From positions 105,003 to 169,002 of the forward strand of contig CAYNWW010000001.1 in the NCBI GenBank assembly GCA_964401055.1: a stretch of DNA of 64,000 nucleotides, given 5' to 3'. Source of the stretch: an uncultured Candidatus Saccharibacteria bacterium. GTDB lineage: Bacteria > Patescibacteriota > JAUYIX01 > CAYNWW01. Below are positions 1 through 9,514 of the stretch, in pieces. Position 1 is the first letter of the stretch, and every line of letters starts with the position of its first letter. Below the pieces are notes generated by a model that was given only the letters and a program-made list of their open reading frames with translations, had not been told where the DNA came from and searched no databases. The position numbers were made by a program, and so were the translations under genes.

Positions 1-44
1 CGACCAATGCCGGTTTTTGCGCGTGCATCAATGCCTATTCTCAT
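1..44 (-). CDS. 5' fragment of a GT4 glycosyltransferase (runs off the window)
   Basis: ATG at 44 overlaps the upstream stop; reads MRIGIDARAKTGIGR, a typical GT4 N-terminus. Confidence 0.7.
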   Translation of the reverse strand, partial: MRIGIDARAKTGIG

Positions 45-1195
45 ATGTGTGCCTCCGTGGCTTGAATGAATGTTTTTTTAAGTGCGTGCGCGCTTGCATC
101 CCAGTCGAAATGCGCGATTTGTTGTTGTGTCGGCATATCTTGTTTGGCTTGCGCAGTTGTGGCACCAACTTCTCTGAGCGCAGCGATGAGCTCGGCAAGG
201 TTGTACGGATTGATGAGCGTTGCTTGAGCTCCGGTGATTTCGGGCAATGAGGAGGCGGCGGAGGTGATGACTGGCTTGTGTGCGGCAAGCGCTTCAAGTG
301 CAGGAAATCCGAATCCTTCGAAAAAAGAAGGATACAGGACGGCGCGACTGAGTCTGTAGAGCGGTGCTTTATCTTTTTGCTCGACAAAGCCGATCACGCG
401 GATGCGTTCCCCAAGTCCCAGACTGCGATTGAGCTCGAGCGCGCGTTCATATAACCAGCCCTTTGCTCCGGCGATCACGAGATCGACTAATGGCAATTCA
501 GCGGCCACGCGAGCGAAGGCCTCGAGTACGCTTTCGAGATTTTTGCGCGGTTCGAGCGTGCCTAGACACAGGAAGAAGCTTCGTGGAGGCGTTGGTAGTT
601 GATAGGCTGCGCGAACTCGATCTTCATCTTTTTGGGAGTGAGACGCAAGAAACAACGGATTTATACCGGGAGAAACAACGTGAACTTTGTCTGCCGCAAC
701 TTTGTAGGCGCGGACGAGATGCTCTTTTGTGTGTGCGGAGACGGCGGTGATGACAGCTGACTCCCGTACTTCTCGCCGCGGATCGACAAACCAATGCCAC
801 GCGCGTCGTTTGAGCGAGAAAAATTCGGGAAATAATTCAAATGAAAGATCGTGAATGGTAAGCACTTTCGCGCATGCGCGAGAGACTGGTGTGATCCGCA
901 AGTTTGGTACAAACAAAACGTCGACCCCACCCAGTACGCGATCAATCAGTGGTCGATGAAAAAATTTTAAAGAAAAATTGAGCAGCTTGTTTGGGTAGCG
1001 CAATCGCACGAGCTGAACATTGGGGTAGGAAAATCCCAAAACTTCAGGCGGAACCGCGCCAAAGCTGTTGTAGAATAAGCGATACTCGGTAGCCGCGTCT
1101 TGTGCAAACAGTGCATGCAAGAGCTCAATCACATACTCATTGATCCCTGAATGCGCACCTGCTTCACATGAACGAAGATCAATTCCGATCTTCAT
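41..1195 (-). CDS. Glycosyltransferase family 4 (mannosyltransferase-like)
   Basis: MKIGIDLR start, GTLEPRKN, PSFFEGFGFPALEA motifs. Confidence 0.92.
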   Translation of the reverse strand: MKIGIDLRSCEAGAHSGINEYVIELLHALFAQDAATEYRLFYNSFGAVPPEVLGFSYPNVQLVRLRYPNKLLNFSLKFFHRPLIDRVLGGVDVLFVPNLRITPVSRACAKVLTIHDLSFELFPEFFSLKRRAWHWFVDPRREVRESAVITAVSAHTKEHLVRAYKVAADKVHVVSPGINPLFLASHSQKDEDRVRAAYQLPTPPRSFFLCLGTLEPRKNLESVLEAFARVAAELPLVDLVIAGAKGWLYERALELNRSLGLGERIRVIGFVEQKDKAPLYRLSRAVLYPSFFEGFGFPALEALAAHKPVITSAASSLPEITGAQATLINPYNLAELIAALREVGATTAQAKQDMPTQQQIAHFDWDASAHALKKTFIQATEAHI

Positions 1196-1796
1196 GGAGA
1201 TAGTTCAACATGATGACTACGCCAAGCGCCACGATCGTGCCAACAACCAAGCCAATGAGCAGGTTGAGTGCAAGATTTTGTGCCGCCTCTTTTGTCACCG
1301 CGTCGGAAAATACAAGTTGAAACGAAGTTGACCCCTTACTTGCGTCGTTGATGGTTTTTGTTTTTTCATCAAACGCTTGCTGCAAACCAGAGACCAATTT
1401 TTTTGCTGTTTCTTCGCTGTCTGTGGTGAAACGAATTTCGACATTTTGCGCCGAGAGCTTGTTGGCGGTGAAAATTTTTGCAAGTTTCTTGATATTCTGC
1501 GTAGGCGCCGCAATCCCGGCTTTGTCAAATACATTCACAATTACGTCAGGGCTCTCTGCCCAGCTTGTGACTGTATCGGAAAACAATTCTGAGGCTTGAA
1601 TCGCGTAATACCCGTCGTATTGATAGTCGGGCGTTTGCTGTTTTTCCGAAGTGGTAATGCCGATGGTGGATGAAGTAAGAAAACTCGGGTTGCGCGTGAG
1701 TGTAAACGCGCAAGTCGCAGCAAGCGCGCCGACAATGATCGCGGCTACAAGCAGTTTCTTTTGAAGAATGAGCGCGATATAGTGATGCAGTTCCAT
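1179..1796 (-). CDS. Wzz/CpsC-like polysaccharide chain-length determinant
   Basis: N- and C-terminal TM helices, NLLIGLVVG motif, position in a glycan cluster. Confidence 0.75.
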   Translation of the reverse strand: MELHHYIALILQKKLLVAAIIVGALAATCAFTLTRNPSFLTSSTIGITTSEKQQTPDYQYDGYYAIQASELFSDTVTSWAESPDVIVNVFDKAGIAAPTQNIKKLAKIFTANKLSAQNVEIRFTTDSEETAKKLVSGLQQAFDEKTKTINDASKGSTSFQLVFSDAVTKEAAQNLALNLLIGLVVGTIVALGVVIMLNYLHEDRN

Positions 1797-1804
1797 AAAA
1801 ATAA

Positions 1805-2917
1805 TTAAAAATGATAGTTCGCGCGGTGTTCTGCGAGTGCGGTGTCAACGTAATCGCGAATGCGTTTTTTAAACAACTCGCGGTCAAATTCAGCCGCATG
1901 TTGTTTGATGAAAAACGGATCAAACTGATCTTTCGTTGCCTCAAAGCGTTGAATAGCTTCGACGAGCGACGGCACGGTTTGCTCGGTAAAAAACAAGCCT
2001 GTTTTTCCGTCGATCACGCTTTCGGTTGCACCGCCCTTTCCGTACGCAATCACGGGGCGACCAGCCGCCATCGCTTCGACGGCCGCGATACCGAAGTCTT
2101 CTTCTTGCGGATTGATAAATGCTTTTGATTGCGCAATCACGGGGCGTTTTTCTTCGTCTGAAAGCATTCCTAGGAACTCAATATTTTTGCGAGCAAGCGC
2201 GCGCAACCGATGTTCTTCTTCACCGCCGCCAATCACTTTCAGTGGCAGCCCAAGCTGGTTGAATGCTTCGATCGCCAAATCCACTTTTTTGTACGGCCGA
2301 AGTCGACTCACAATGACGTAATAATCCTGTGGTTCAGCTAGTGTAAATTGCGCGGTCTCAACCGGCGGATAAATGACGTCGGCGTCGCGCTGATAATATT
2401 TTTTGATGCGATGCTGCACATATGCCGAGTTGGCAATGAATTTGTTGACGCGATCGGCGGACATTTTATCCCAAATTCGCAAATACGTGCTAAACAGCTG
2501 TACCATTTTTTTGACAAATTTGGGGCCGCGGATTGTGGAAACATAATCAAAATGATCATTCCACAAATAGCGCGTCGGTGTGTGGCAAAAACAAATATGA
2601 AGAGTTTCCGGCTTGGTAATAATTCCTTTTGAATACGCCGAACTTGAAGAAATCACCACGTCGTAGCGAGAAAAATCAAATTGCTCAAACGCGGCCGGCA
2701 TGAGTGGCAAAAACCATTTGTACCGTCGCACGCCAAAAGGAAGTCGCTGAATAAACGACGTCCGGATATCAAGCGTTGCAAAATCCGGCCCCATGGCTTT
2801 TTTGTCATAGGTCAGAGTATAGATCGGCGCTTGCGGATACATCTCGTGCAGAGCGAGCAATACTTTTTCTGCCCCACCGAGTTGATTGAGGTGGTCGTGA
2901 ACCAGAGCGATTTTCAT
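1805..2917 (-). CDS. Glycosyltransferase family 4 (WbaZ-like)
   Basis: MKIALVHDHL..GGAE, CHTPTRYLW, EEDFGIAAVEAMAAG; start moved to ATG 2917. Confidence 0.92.
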   Translation of the reverse strand: MKIALVHDHLNQLGGAEKVLLALHEMYPQAPIYTLTYDKKAMGPDFATLDIRTSFIQRLPFGVRRYKWFLPLMPAAFEQFDFSRYDVVISSSSAYSKGIITKPETLHICFCHTPTRYLWNDHFDYVSTIRGPKFVKKMVQLFSTYLRIWDKMSADRVNKFIANSAYVQHRIKKYYQRDADVIYPPVETAQFTLAEPQDYYVIVSRLRPYKKVDLAIEAFNQLGLPLKVIGGGEEEHRLRALARKNIEFLGMLSDEEKRPVIAQSKAFINPQEEDFGIAAVEAMAAGRPVIAYGKGGATESVIDGKTGLFFTEQTVPSLVEAIQRFEATKDQFDPFFIKQHAAEFDRELFKKRIRDYVDTALAEHRANYHF

Positions 2918-2921
2918 AGAT

Positions 2922-4346
2922 TTAGAGAGCACTCCTTTTCTTCAGCACAGCCGGAATTGTTTGTAATAAAATCTTGATATCGAGTGCAAGCGACCAGTGC
3001 TCAATATAGTGTACGTCGAGACGCACCTCTTCATCAAATGACAAATCCGACCGTCCGAGCACTTGCGCCATGCCGGTAATACCCGGCTTGATACGCAGGA
3101 CGTCGCGCTGATCCGGCCGATATTTGCTTACTTCTTCAGGAAAATGTGGTCGCGGTCCCACCAAACTCATGTCGCCGCGCAACACAATAAATAATTCCGG
3201 CAACTCATCAATGCTAAATCGGCGGATAAATCGGCCAAACGGCGTGATGCGAGGGTCGTTTTCGATTTTGACCAACGGTGTATCTTTGCGCAGGTTTTGT
3301 TGTGCGAGCGTGGTGTATCGTTGTTGGTGCACATTGTGTCGCATTGATCGGAATTTAAAATACGGAAACGGTTTGCCGCCCTGACCGACACGTTGCACGA
3401 GATCGCCATTTTCTAATTTGCTAAAAAATACTGGTCCGGGCGAGGTGAGTTTGACGATGAGCGCGGTGATGATATACACCGGCGACAACAAGATGATGAG
3501 AATGAGTGAGCCCACAATGTCCATCAGTCGCTTGGTGATTTTTCCCCATCCGTCGAGCGGTGTGGGTTTGATTTCAATCAGCGGATTGCCGGCGATGTTT
3601 GTGACCGCAATATTTGATGTGTGAGTTTGGTAGAGATTGGGCGCAATCGTCACGTCGATTTTATGCTCATGGGCGTATTTGATCAGCTGGAGCGTGATTT
3701 GCGAAGGCATTTCTGGATCGCATTGGATTAGGTCGTCCACTCCCGGTCGCTTGATTAACTCATCAAGTTTGTTTTTATACTCATCTACTGCAAGCGAACT
3801 TACAAGCTGGGAGATGATTTTATATCTTCCCTGACGCGGATGAGTCGCTTCTTTTACAATGTCATACGAAGCCGATGTCTCTCCAATAATCACTGTTCGG
3901 TGTACTCCGATCCCATATCGATATAAAAATTCCTGCACACCTCTTGCAAGAGCTCGACCTATGGTGATAAACAGAAGCGCTGTTGCCCAGGATCCGAGTA
4001 CAAGGAAACGAGATGAAAGAAAGAGTTCTTTTTGGAGGAAAATAAATACAATTATCCCCATAAATCCGGAAGAAATTGCAAGAAAGATTTTCCCGAATTC
4101 ATCAAAGCTATTACGGCGCAAGTGTGTGTTATAGAGGCCTGCAAATGCAAAAATAATCAGAAAAAGCGGAATAATGATTCCTGTTGCGATCAAGAATTCA
4201 TAAAAAGTAATCTGGTAACCTTCCGGGAATAATTTTTCTATGGTTGTACGGAAGCGGATGTCGTAGGTTATAATCGCACTCAAAAGCAGCATGAGGGCAT
4301 CAAGCGGGACAAGGAGAGCGGTAAATAATAATTCTGATCGTTTCAT
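2922..4346 (-). CDS. Polyprenyl-phosphate priming sugar transferase (WcaJ/WbaP family)
   Basis: N-terminal TMs; KRLMDI, KFRSM, DPRIT..G.FIRRFSIDELPEL, GDMSLVGPRP, KPGITG. Confidence 0.93.
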   Translation of the reverse strand: MKRSELLFTALLVPLDALMLLLSAIITYDIRFRTTIEKLFPEGYQITFYEFLIATGIIIPLFLIIFAFAGLYNTHLRRNSFDEFGKIFLAISSGFMGIIVFIFLQKELFLSSRFLVLGSWATALLFITIGRALARGVQEFLYRYGIGVHRTVIIGETSASYDIVKEATHPRQGRYKIISQLVSSLAVDEYKNKLDELIKRPGVDDLIQCDPEMPSQITLQLIKYAHEHKIDVTIAPNLYQTHTSNIAVTNIAGNPLIEIKPTPLDGWGKITKRLMDIVGSLILIILLSPVYIITALIVKLTSPGPVFFSKLENGDLVQRVGQGGKPFPYFKFRSMRHNVHQQRYTTLAQQNLRKDTPLVKIENDPRITPFGRFIRRFSIDELPELFIVLRGDMSLVGPRPHFPEEVSKYRPDQRDVLRIKPGITGMAQVLGRSDLSFDEEVRLDVHYIEHWSLALDIKILLQTIPAVLKKRSAL

Positions 4347-4359
4347 AAAATTTTTATAA

Positions 4360-4777
4360 GCTTCGGCGCATCGTAAGCCGAGTTCTGTCTCCCGGGCGGA
4401 TTTCGCCGCACGGGATGATGATCATCTCTCTAGCATCGCGCTCGCGCGCGCTGTCATGCGAGCTACCATATTTGCTCTTGCACGAAACGGGGTTTGCAAC
4501 TGAGCCGCATTGCTGCGTCTCACTGTGCGCTCTTACCGCACTCTTTTCACCCTTACCTGTGGCGTTTGGCTTGCGCCTCGTGCGCACGGGCGGTATTGTC
4601 TCTGTTGTACTTTCCCTAGGACCGTTGTCGATCTCGCCTTGATTTCCGAGGCGTTTATTCATATAAAATGAATTTGGCTGCACGAACTTGCGCCCGCCAG
4701 CCAACGTGCTCGGACTTTCCTCTCAATTCTTGTCTCAAATAAGGCAAAAATTGAGCGATCATCTGATACGCCGAAGC
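4360..4777 (-). ncRNA. rnpB: RNase P RNA
   Basis: Minus strand shows GAGGAAAGTCCGAGC (P4 5'), GAAAGTACAACAGAGACAATACCGCC, GGTAAGGGTGAAAAGAGTGCGGTAAGAGCGCAC and ACAGAACTCGGCTTAC (P4 3'); terminal P1 GCTTCGGCGTATC pairs with GATGCGCCGAAGC. Confidence 0.96.
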
Positions 4778-4783
4778 AAGGCT

Positions 4784-4812
4784 ATCGTAGCAGAAAAATG
4801 CATTTTTGTCAA
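4784..4812 (-). promoter_or_regulatory. Sigma70 promoter of rnpB
   Basis: TTGACA-17 nt-TACGAT with extended TG, 6 nt before P1. Confidence 0.8.
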
Positions 4813-4823
4813 AATCTTGGGGC

Positions 4824-4857
4824 GCATAAAAACCGCATTGCTGTGCGGTTTTTATGC
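4824..4857. terminator. Intrinsic terminator after rplI (probably bidirectional)
   Basis: GCATAAAAACCGCA-ttgctg-TGCGGTTTTTATGC perfect inverted repeat. Confidence 0.8.
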
Positions 4858-4879
4858 AGTGTGCAGGCGCAGGAATTGG

Positions 4880-5356
4880 TTATTCTTCGCTGCCGATTTC
4901 TGCTGTGATCACCAGGCGCGTTTTTGCCTTGATATTTTTGAGCAATTTGATGGTAACTGGGTATTCGCCGGCCTTTTTGATTGATTGAGGAAGGAAAATA
5001 TTTTTCTTATCAACGGTGATCCCGACAACTTTCATCAACTCATCTGCGACGTCTTGCTTGGTGATTGAGCCGTAAAGGATTTCGTCCTTTGAGGCTTTGA
5101 CGCTGAATGAAAGTGGCTTTTCCTCGAGTTTTTGCTTGATGACGAGAGATTTCTGCGCTTCTTGAGTTTCAAGCTCCTTGAGTGCTTCTTGTTCTTTCAA
5201 AGCAGCTGCAAGACTTGCTTTGGTTCCGAGTGTTGCGGCGCCGCGAGGCAACAAGAAATTTTTGGCAAAACCACGAGAAACGCGATGAATTTGGCCTTTG
5301 ATGCCGACGTTTTCGACGTCTTGCTTGAGAATGATCTGAACTTGCTTAGTAGCCAT
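4880..5356 (-). CDS. rplI: 50S ribosomal protein L9
   Basis: IILKQDVENVG.KGQIHRVSRGFAKNFLLPRG; LYGSIT..D. Confidence 0.95.
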   Translation of the reverse strand: MATKQVQIILKQDVENVGIKGQIHRVSRGFAKNFLLPRGAATLGTKASLAAALKEQEALKELETQEAQKSLVIKQKLEEKPLSFSVKASKDEILYGSITKQDVADELMKVVGITVDKKNIFLPQSIKKAGEYPVTIKLLKNIKAKTRLVITAEIGSEE

Positions 5357-5432
5357 ACAATAAAACTAATGCTGAATATACAGAGATTCTACCTGCTTTT
5401 TGGAGATAATGCAAGTCCGGTGGGCGCGATTG

Positions 5433-6650
5433 CTATTTGAGAAGCTCGATTGCCTTGTCGAGTTGTGGATCCTGGTTGTTTTTGTAGTTGTCGTCCGTGA
5501 TCTCAACTTTGATGTCAGGTTCAATGCCGTTGCCATGAATATTGACGCCTTTGGGTGTGAGCCATTTTGCAATGGTTACTCGGATGCTTGCGCCGCCGCT
5601 GAGATCTGAAAATTCTTGGACTGAACCCTTCCCAAATGTTTTTTGTCCGACGAGTTTGCTGCCAAGGTCGTCGTGAAGCGCGCCAGCGAGGATTTCTGAA
5701 GCGGAGGCGCTCCCGCCGTTGACTAGGACTACTACGGGGACTTCTTTGAGACGTGCGTTGCCAAGTGCCATATGATCAATCTTCTTATCCTTACTGAATG
5801 CTTCACTGACTACCACTCCTTTTTCAATGAATTCACTTGCGATATCGATGGCGGAATCAAGGAAACCGCCGGGGTTGTTGCGCACATCAAGGATGAGCTT
5901 TTTTGCACCCGCTTTTTGGAATTCGCTTACTGCGTTGTCAAAATCCTTGCTAGTGTCTTCGCCGAATCGAGAGATTTTGATGTAGAATAAGCCATTGCCT
6001 TTGTCAGAGAACTCGACGCTTTTTACTGAGATGGTGTCTCGCGTGATAGTGAATTCGCGTACTTTATCCTCTTTACCTCGATGAATTGTCAGATGTACAC
6101 TTGTTCCCTTTGCGCCACGAATCAGGCCAACTGCATCGTCGAGTCCAAGATCTGTTGTTGGCTTGTCGCCAATTTTTAAGATTGCATCCCCTGCCTGCAA
6201 CCCCGCTTTTTGACCTGGGCTGTTTTGGATTGGTGTAATAATGGTGATTGCGTTATCTTTCAATCCTATTTCAATCCCAATTCCTTCAAACGTGCCGCTG
6301 ATTTCACTTTGAAATGACTTTGTCATGTCCGGAGTCATGAACGCGGTATATGGATCGCCGAGAGATTTTACCATACCATCGATGGCGCCGTAGAGAATTT
6401 TTTGTTTGTCTGCTGGGCGATCAACGTACTTCTCGTTAATCAAATCGTAGACTTTCCAAAATAAATCAAAATTAACATCGGCGGGTTTGTTGGTGAGTGT
6501 GTTGACAAACTGTGTTGTTGACCTGCTTTGTCCAGAGTCTACGCTTCTTCCAACGTAAAGTCCAAGTGCAAATGCAGCAGCTAAAAGGATAATAACGGTC
6601 GACCTCATGAATGACTTTTTTTCGCTTGGCTGTTCGCCTGATGAAATCAT
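5433..6650 (-). CDS. ctpA: Carboxyl-terminal processing protease (S41A, PDZ)
   Basis: LDVRNNPGG, SASASEI, GQKTFGKGSVQ, GIEPD. Confidence 0.93.
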   Translation of the reverse strand: MISSGEQPSEKKSFMRSTVIILLAAAFALGLYVGRSVDSGQSRSTTQFVNTLTNKPADVNFDLFWKVYDLINEKYVDRPADKQKILYGAIDGMVKSLGDPYTAFMTPDMTKSFQSEISGTFEGIGIEIGLKDNAITIITPIQNSPGQKAGLQAGDAILKIGDKPTTDLGLDDAVGLIRGAKGTSVHLTIHRGKEDKVREFTITRDTISVKSVEFSDKGNGLFYIKISRFGEDTSKDFDNAVSEFQKAGAKKLILDVRNNPGGFLDSAIDIASEFIEKGVVVSEAFSKDKKIDHMALGNARLKEVPVVVLVNGGSASASEILAGALHDDLGSKLVGQKTFGKGSVQEFSDLSGGASIRVTIAKWLTPKGVNIHGNGIEPDIKVEITDDNYKNNQDPQLDKAIELLK

Positions 6651-6659
6651 GTGGTGTTA

Positions 6660-8666
6660 TTAGAATGTGACAGTGAACTCGCGATCGTATACAAGATCCG
6701 TTGTGAAATCAACCTCTTTGTCTTTTTCGATTCGCCCAAGTTCTTTGGGAGAAATTGCGTTTATGTTTTTTGGAAATTTTATATGAACATGGAGCTGTTC
6801 GTCTATCGTGCCGGGTTGTTTTTGAACCATGAGGCTGTAGTGCCCCTGACGAATTTGATCTCCAATGCGTGCGGGAAGCGTGTATTCTATGATTGTCTGC
6901 TCGGTATCTTTTGGCTCGATTGATTTGTATCCACCAAAACTTGCCTTTCCTAATTCGCTTGTGACATCAAGCGCTATTGCATCGTTGTATCGTCGGTCGG
7001 AATTTGCATTGCGCTGGCCTTTTACGGATACAAACTGACTACCTTCCGGAACAAGGAGTCGTGAGTAAGTGTTGTAACGAGTTGTTTTCCAGTCAAATCC
7101 TTTGCCCGCGTGATTGTATGTCATTGTTACGGTCGCCTTTGGATTGCTGAGATCGGTTGCGTCGAGATAATAGTCAATTGTTCGCTTCATTACTTGGTCC
7201 GTTTTGAGACTTGCAAGGTTGGCATCAACATACTGGATGTAGTCGCCGTCAGTCTCCTTTACTCGGCTATCCCAGTTTTGTTCGGATATTGTTTTTTGGA
7301 TATCTTCATCATCAACAACCATCATGGCATGTTTCTGATGGAACTGATCTACTACCAAGTCGGCAAAATCGATCCATTTTTCCTTTGGAAGGGTGAATAG
7401 TTTATCTAGCACGACGGTACTAAATTCTCCAATAATATCTTTGCGATCTTTTTCTGCGATTCCAAGGTTTACAAAAGCTCGCTCGACAATTATTTCGAGT
7501 TGATCAACCGTGTTGTCTTTTGTGAACTCGTATGGATAGCCTTTGACTTTGACTGGGCCTGTCACCTCGAGCAGTGCTTGGAGCATGGTTGGCGTGACGC
7601 CAATGACGCCATAAAATTCGCCTTGGCCTCCTTCGCGGTGGTAAAACTCTTCAGCTTTTTTCGCAGAAGTCGGAAAATCCGGCGACCAGTTGGCATCGCG
7701 GAAAAACCATTGTGGATTGATGTATTTCTTGATTGGTGCGGGCGGATTTTTATCGCCTTGACCCTCTTTGTCAATGTTGTAGACGTTGTCGGAAACGAAT
7801 TTTTTTATCTCGCCATTTTCGAGAGTAAGAATTCCGTATGTGCCAATAAATCCTCCGCTTGGTCGAAGTTCGGTATTGTTTTGGAATAAGAAAAGATAAT
7901 CTCGAGCCTCTTTGTATCCTGCAATATCCGGAAGAATTTTTGAAAACACCAAAATTTCATCAATAGCCTGACGGAAATCCGGCAATTTTTCAGTAGCAGT
8001 TTGTTTGATTGTACGAATCTGTCGAAGAGTACCGAAGTCTGGTATTGAATCGATAGTTGCCTGCGTCTTAGTCAGTTCTTGCTTAACTGTTTCAAAAACG
8101 GGCGATTCGTCGTGAAATGCTGCGAGCATGTCGCGTTTTTGCTCAGGACTAAGGCTATGGAAATCAGTTACTTTTTCCGAGGTAAGCGGTGCAGTAATGC
8201 GCTCGGTGGATCCCACAAGTTTTTCAAGCGAGTATGTAAGCTGGACGCTTGCGCTCAGTAGTTGATCAACTGCAAATAGCTGGCGATGGACGAGTGGAAT
8301 TGCGTTGAGCCAGGAGACGCGTCCAAGTGCGGATTGAGCATTTTGGAAATCAGTGCGCGCTGCCACCACCTTATTTTTTGCGGGCTCGAGTTGTTGTGAT
8401 TTGATGAGATTTTGTGCAGACTCGAGATCAGTTTTCCCGGCTGTTGCTTGTTCGTATGCATGTTTAAAATCTTTGCCGTAGACGGCATATACAATGCCTC
8501 CGCTGATGGCGACGAGCAGGATAAGTCCGCCAAGAATACTGCCGCTGATGATAAGACCTTTTTTGAGTTTGGGGTGTTGTTTGAAAAAAGATTTTTTTGC
8601 GGCGGCTGGTTTTTGTGCTGTTGTTTTTGCTGTGCTCGGTTGTGGCTTGGGAGGTTGTTGGAGCAT
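6660..8666 (-). CDS. DUF4012-domain membrane-anchored protein
   Basis: N-terminal TM; FQNNTELRPSGGFIG and RDANWSPDFPTSA motifs. Confidence 0.85.
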   Translation of the reverse strand: MLQQPPKPQPSTAKTTAQKPAAAKKSFFKQHPKLKKGLIISGSILGGLILLVAISGGIVYAVYGKDFKHAYEQATAGKTDLESAQNLIKSQQLEPAKNKVVAARTDFQNAQSALGRVSWLNAIPLVHRQLFAVDQLLSASVQLTYSLEKLVGSTERITAPLTSEKVTDFHSLSPEQKRDMLAAFHDESPVFETVKQELTKTQATIDSIPDFGTLRQIRTIKQTATEKLPDFRQAIDEILVFSKILPDIAGYKEARDYLFLFQNNTELRPSGGFIGTYGILTLENGEIKKFVSDNVYNIDKEGQGDKNPPAPIKKYINPQWFFRDANWSPDFPTSAKKAEEFYHREGGQGEFYGVIGVTPTMLQALLEVTGPVKVKGYPYEFTKDNTVDQLEIIVERAFVNLGIAEKDRKDIIGEFSTVVLDKLFTLPKEKWIDFADLVVDQFHQKHAMMVVDDEDIQKTISEQNWDSRVKETDGDYIQYVDANLASLKTDQVMKRTIDYYLDATDLSNPKATVTMTYNHAGKGFDWKTTRYNTYSRLLVPEGSQFVSVKGQRNANSDRRYNDAIALDVTSELGKASFGGYKSIEPKDTEQTIIEYTLPARIGDQIRQGHYSLMVQKQPGTIDEQLHVHIKFPKNINAISPKELGRIEKDKEVDFTTDLVYDREFTVTF

Positions 8667-8689
8667 ATGTTGTCTAAAGAATAAAACGC

Positions 8690-9514
8690 CTATTTTTCGG
8701 AACTGATAGTGTGTATAGTACTCGGTTTGCCCAGATATTTCCAGAAGTACTTAAAGCCGCTGAGCAAGTGGATTCGCGCCAATTTGTTGCGGGCTAAAAT
8801 GGAGACACCGTTGGCGCGGCCGCTCATGCGCTGGTAGTAGTGAACCATCTGCGCTTGAGGAAGATATGTCACTCGCCAGCCTTTTTCCCAAAATCGTCGG
8901 CACCAATCCATGTCTTCCATATACATGAAAAATCGTTCGTCCATTGGCCCCACTTCTTCGATCGCACTGCGGCGGACAAACATGGATGAACCCATGATCC
9001 AGTCCACATCGCGCGTGGTCGCGTGATCCCATTCGGCCATCAGGTTGCGCTCAATTGCTTGAGAGGCAAAATGGAATTGGCCGATCCAGCTGCGACGGTA
9101 CAGAATTATTTTTGGGGTGATGAATTTGCGGCAAGATTCTTGAAGCTCGCCGTTGGGGCTGATGATTTTTGGTCCGGTCACTGCGACGCGTGGATTCTGT
9201 TCCATAAATTCGTAGAGCGTTTCGATCGCGTGATCCATGACGACAATGTCCGGGTTGAGCACGAGAATGTAACGGCCTCGCGCATAGGCAATGCCTTTGT
9301 TGACGGCTTTTGCAAAACCTTCGTTGGCGTCTGAGTTGATCAAGTGGACGTCGGGAAATTCTTCCTGGAAAAACTCATCGCGTCGGTTGTGAGAATTGTT
9401 GTCGACCACAATCAGCTCGGTTTTAAACGGCAAATGCTGCACGTCAATAGAGCGGATGCAGTGCTTGGTCAACGGGAACGAATTGTAGTTGACGATGATT
9501 ATCGAGAGATCCAT
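8690..9514 (-). CDS. GT2 (WbbL-like rhamnosyltransferase)
   Basis: LSIIIVNYN, LNPD, DERFFMYMEDMDWC. Confidence 0.9.
   Translation of the reverse strand: MDLSIIIVNYNSFPLTKHCIRSIDVQHLPFKTELIVVDNNSHNRRDEFFQEEFPDVHLINSDANEGFAKAVNKGIAYARGRYILVLNPDIVVMDHAIETLYEFMEQNPRVAVTGPKIISPNGELQESCRKFITPKIILYRRSWIGQFHFASQAIERNLMAEWDHATTRDVDWIMGSSMFVRRSAIEEVGPMDERFFMYMEDMDWCRRFWEKGWRVTYLPQAQMVHYYQRMSGRANGVSILARNKLARIHLLSGFKYFWKYLGKPSTIHTISSEK

Noticed and set aside
4354-4704. 116-aa ORF and antisense ORFs
   Set aside because: They lie within the RNase P RNA gene
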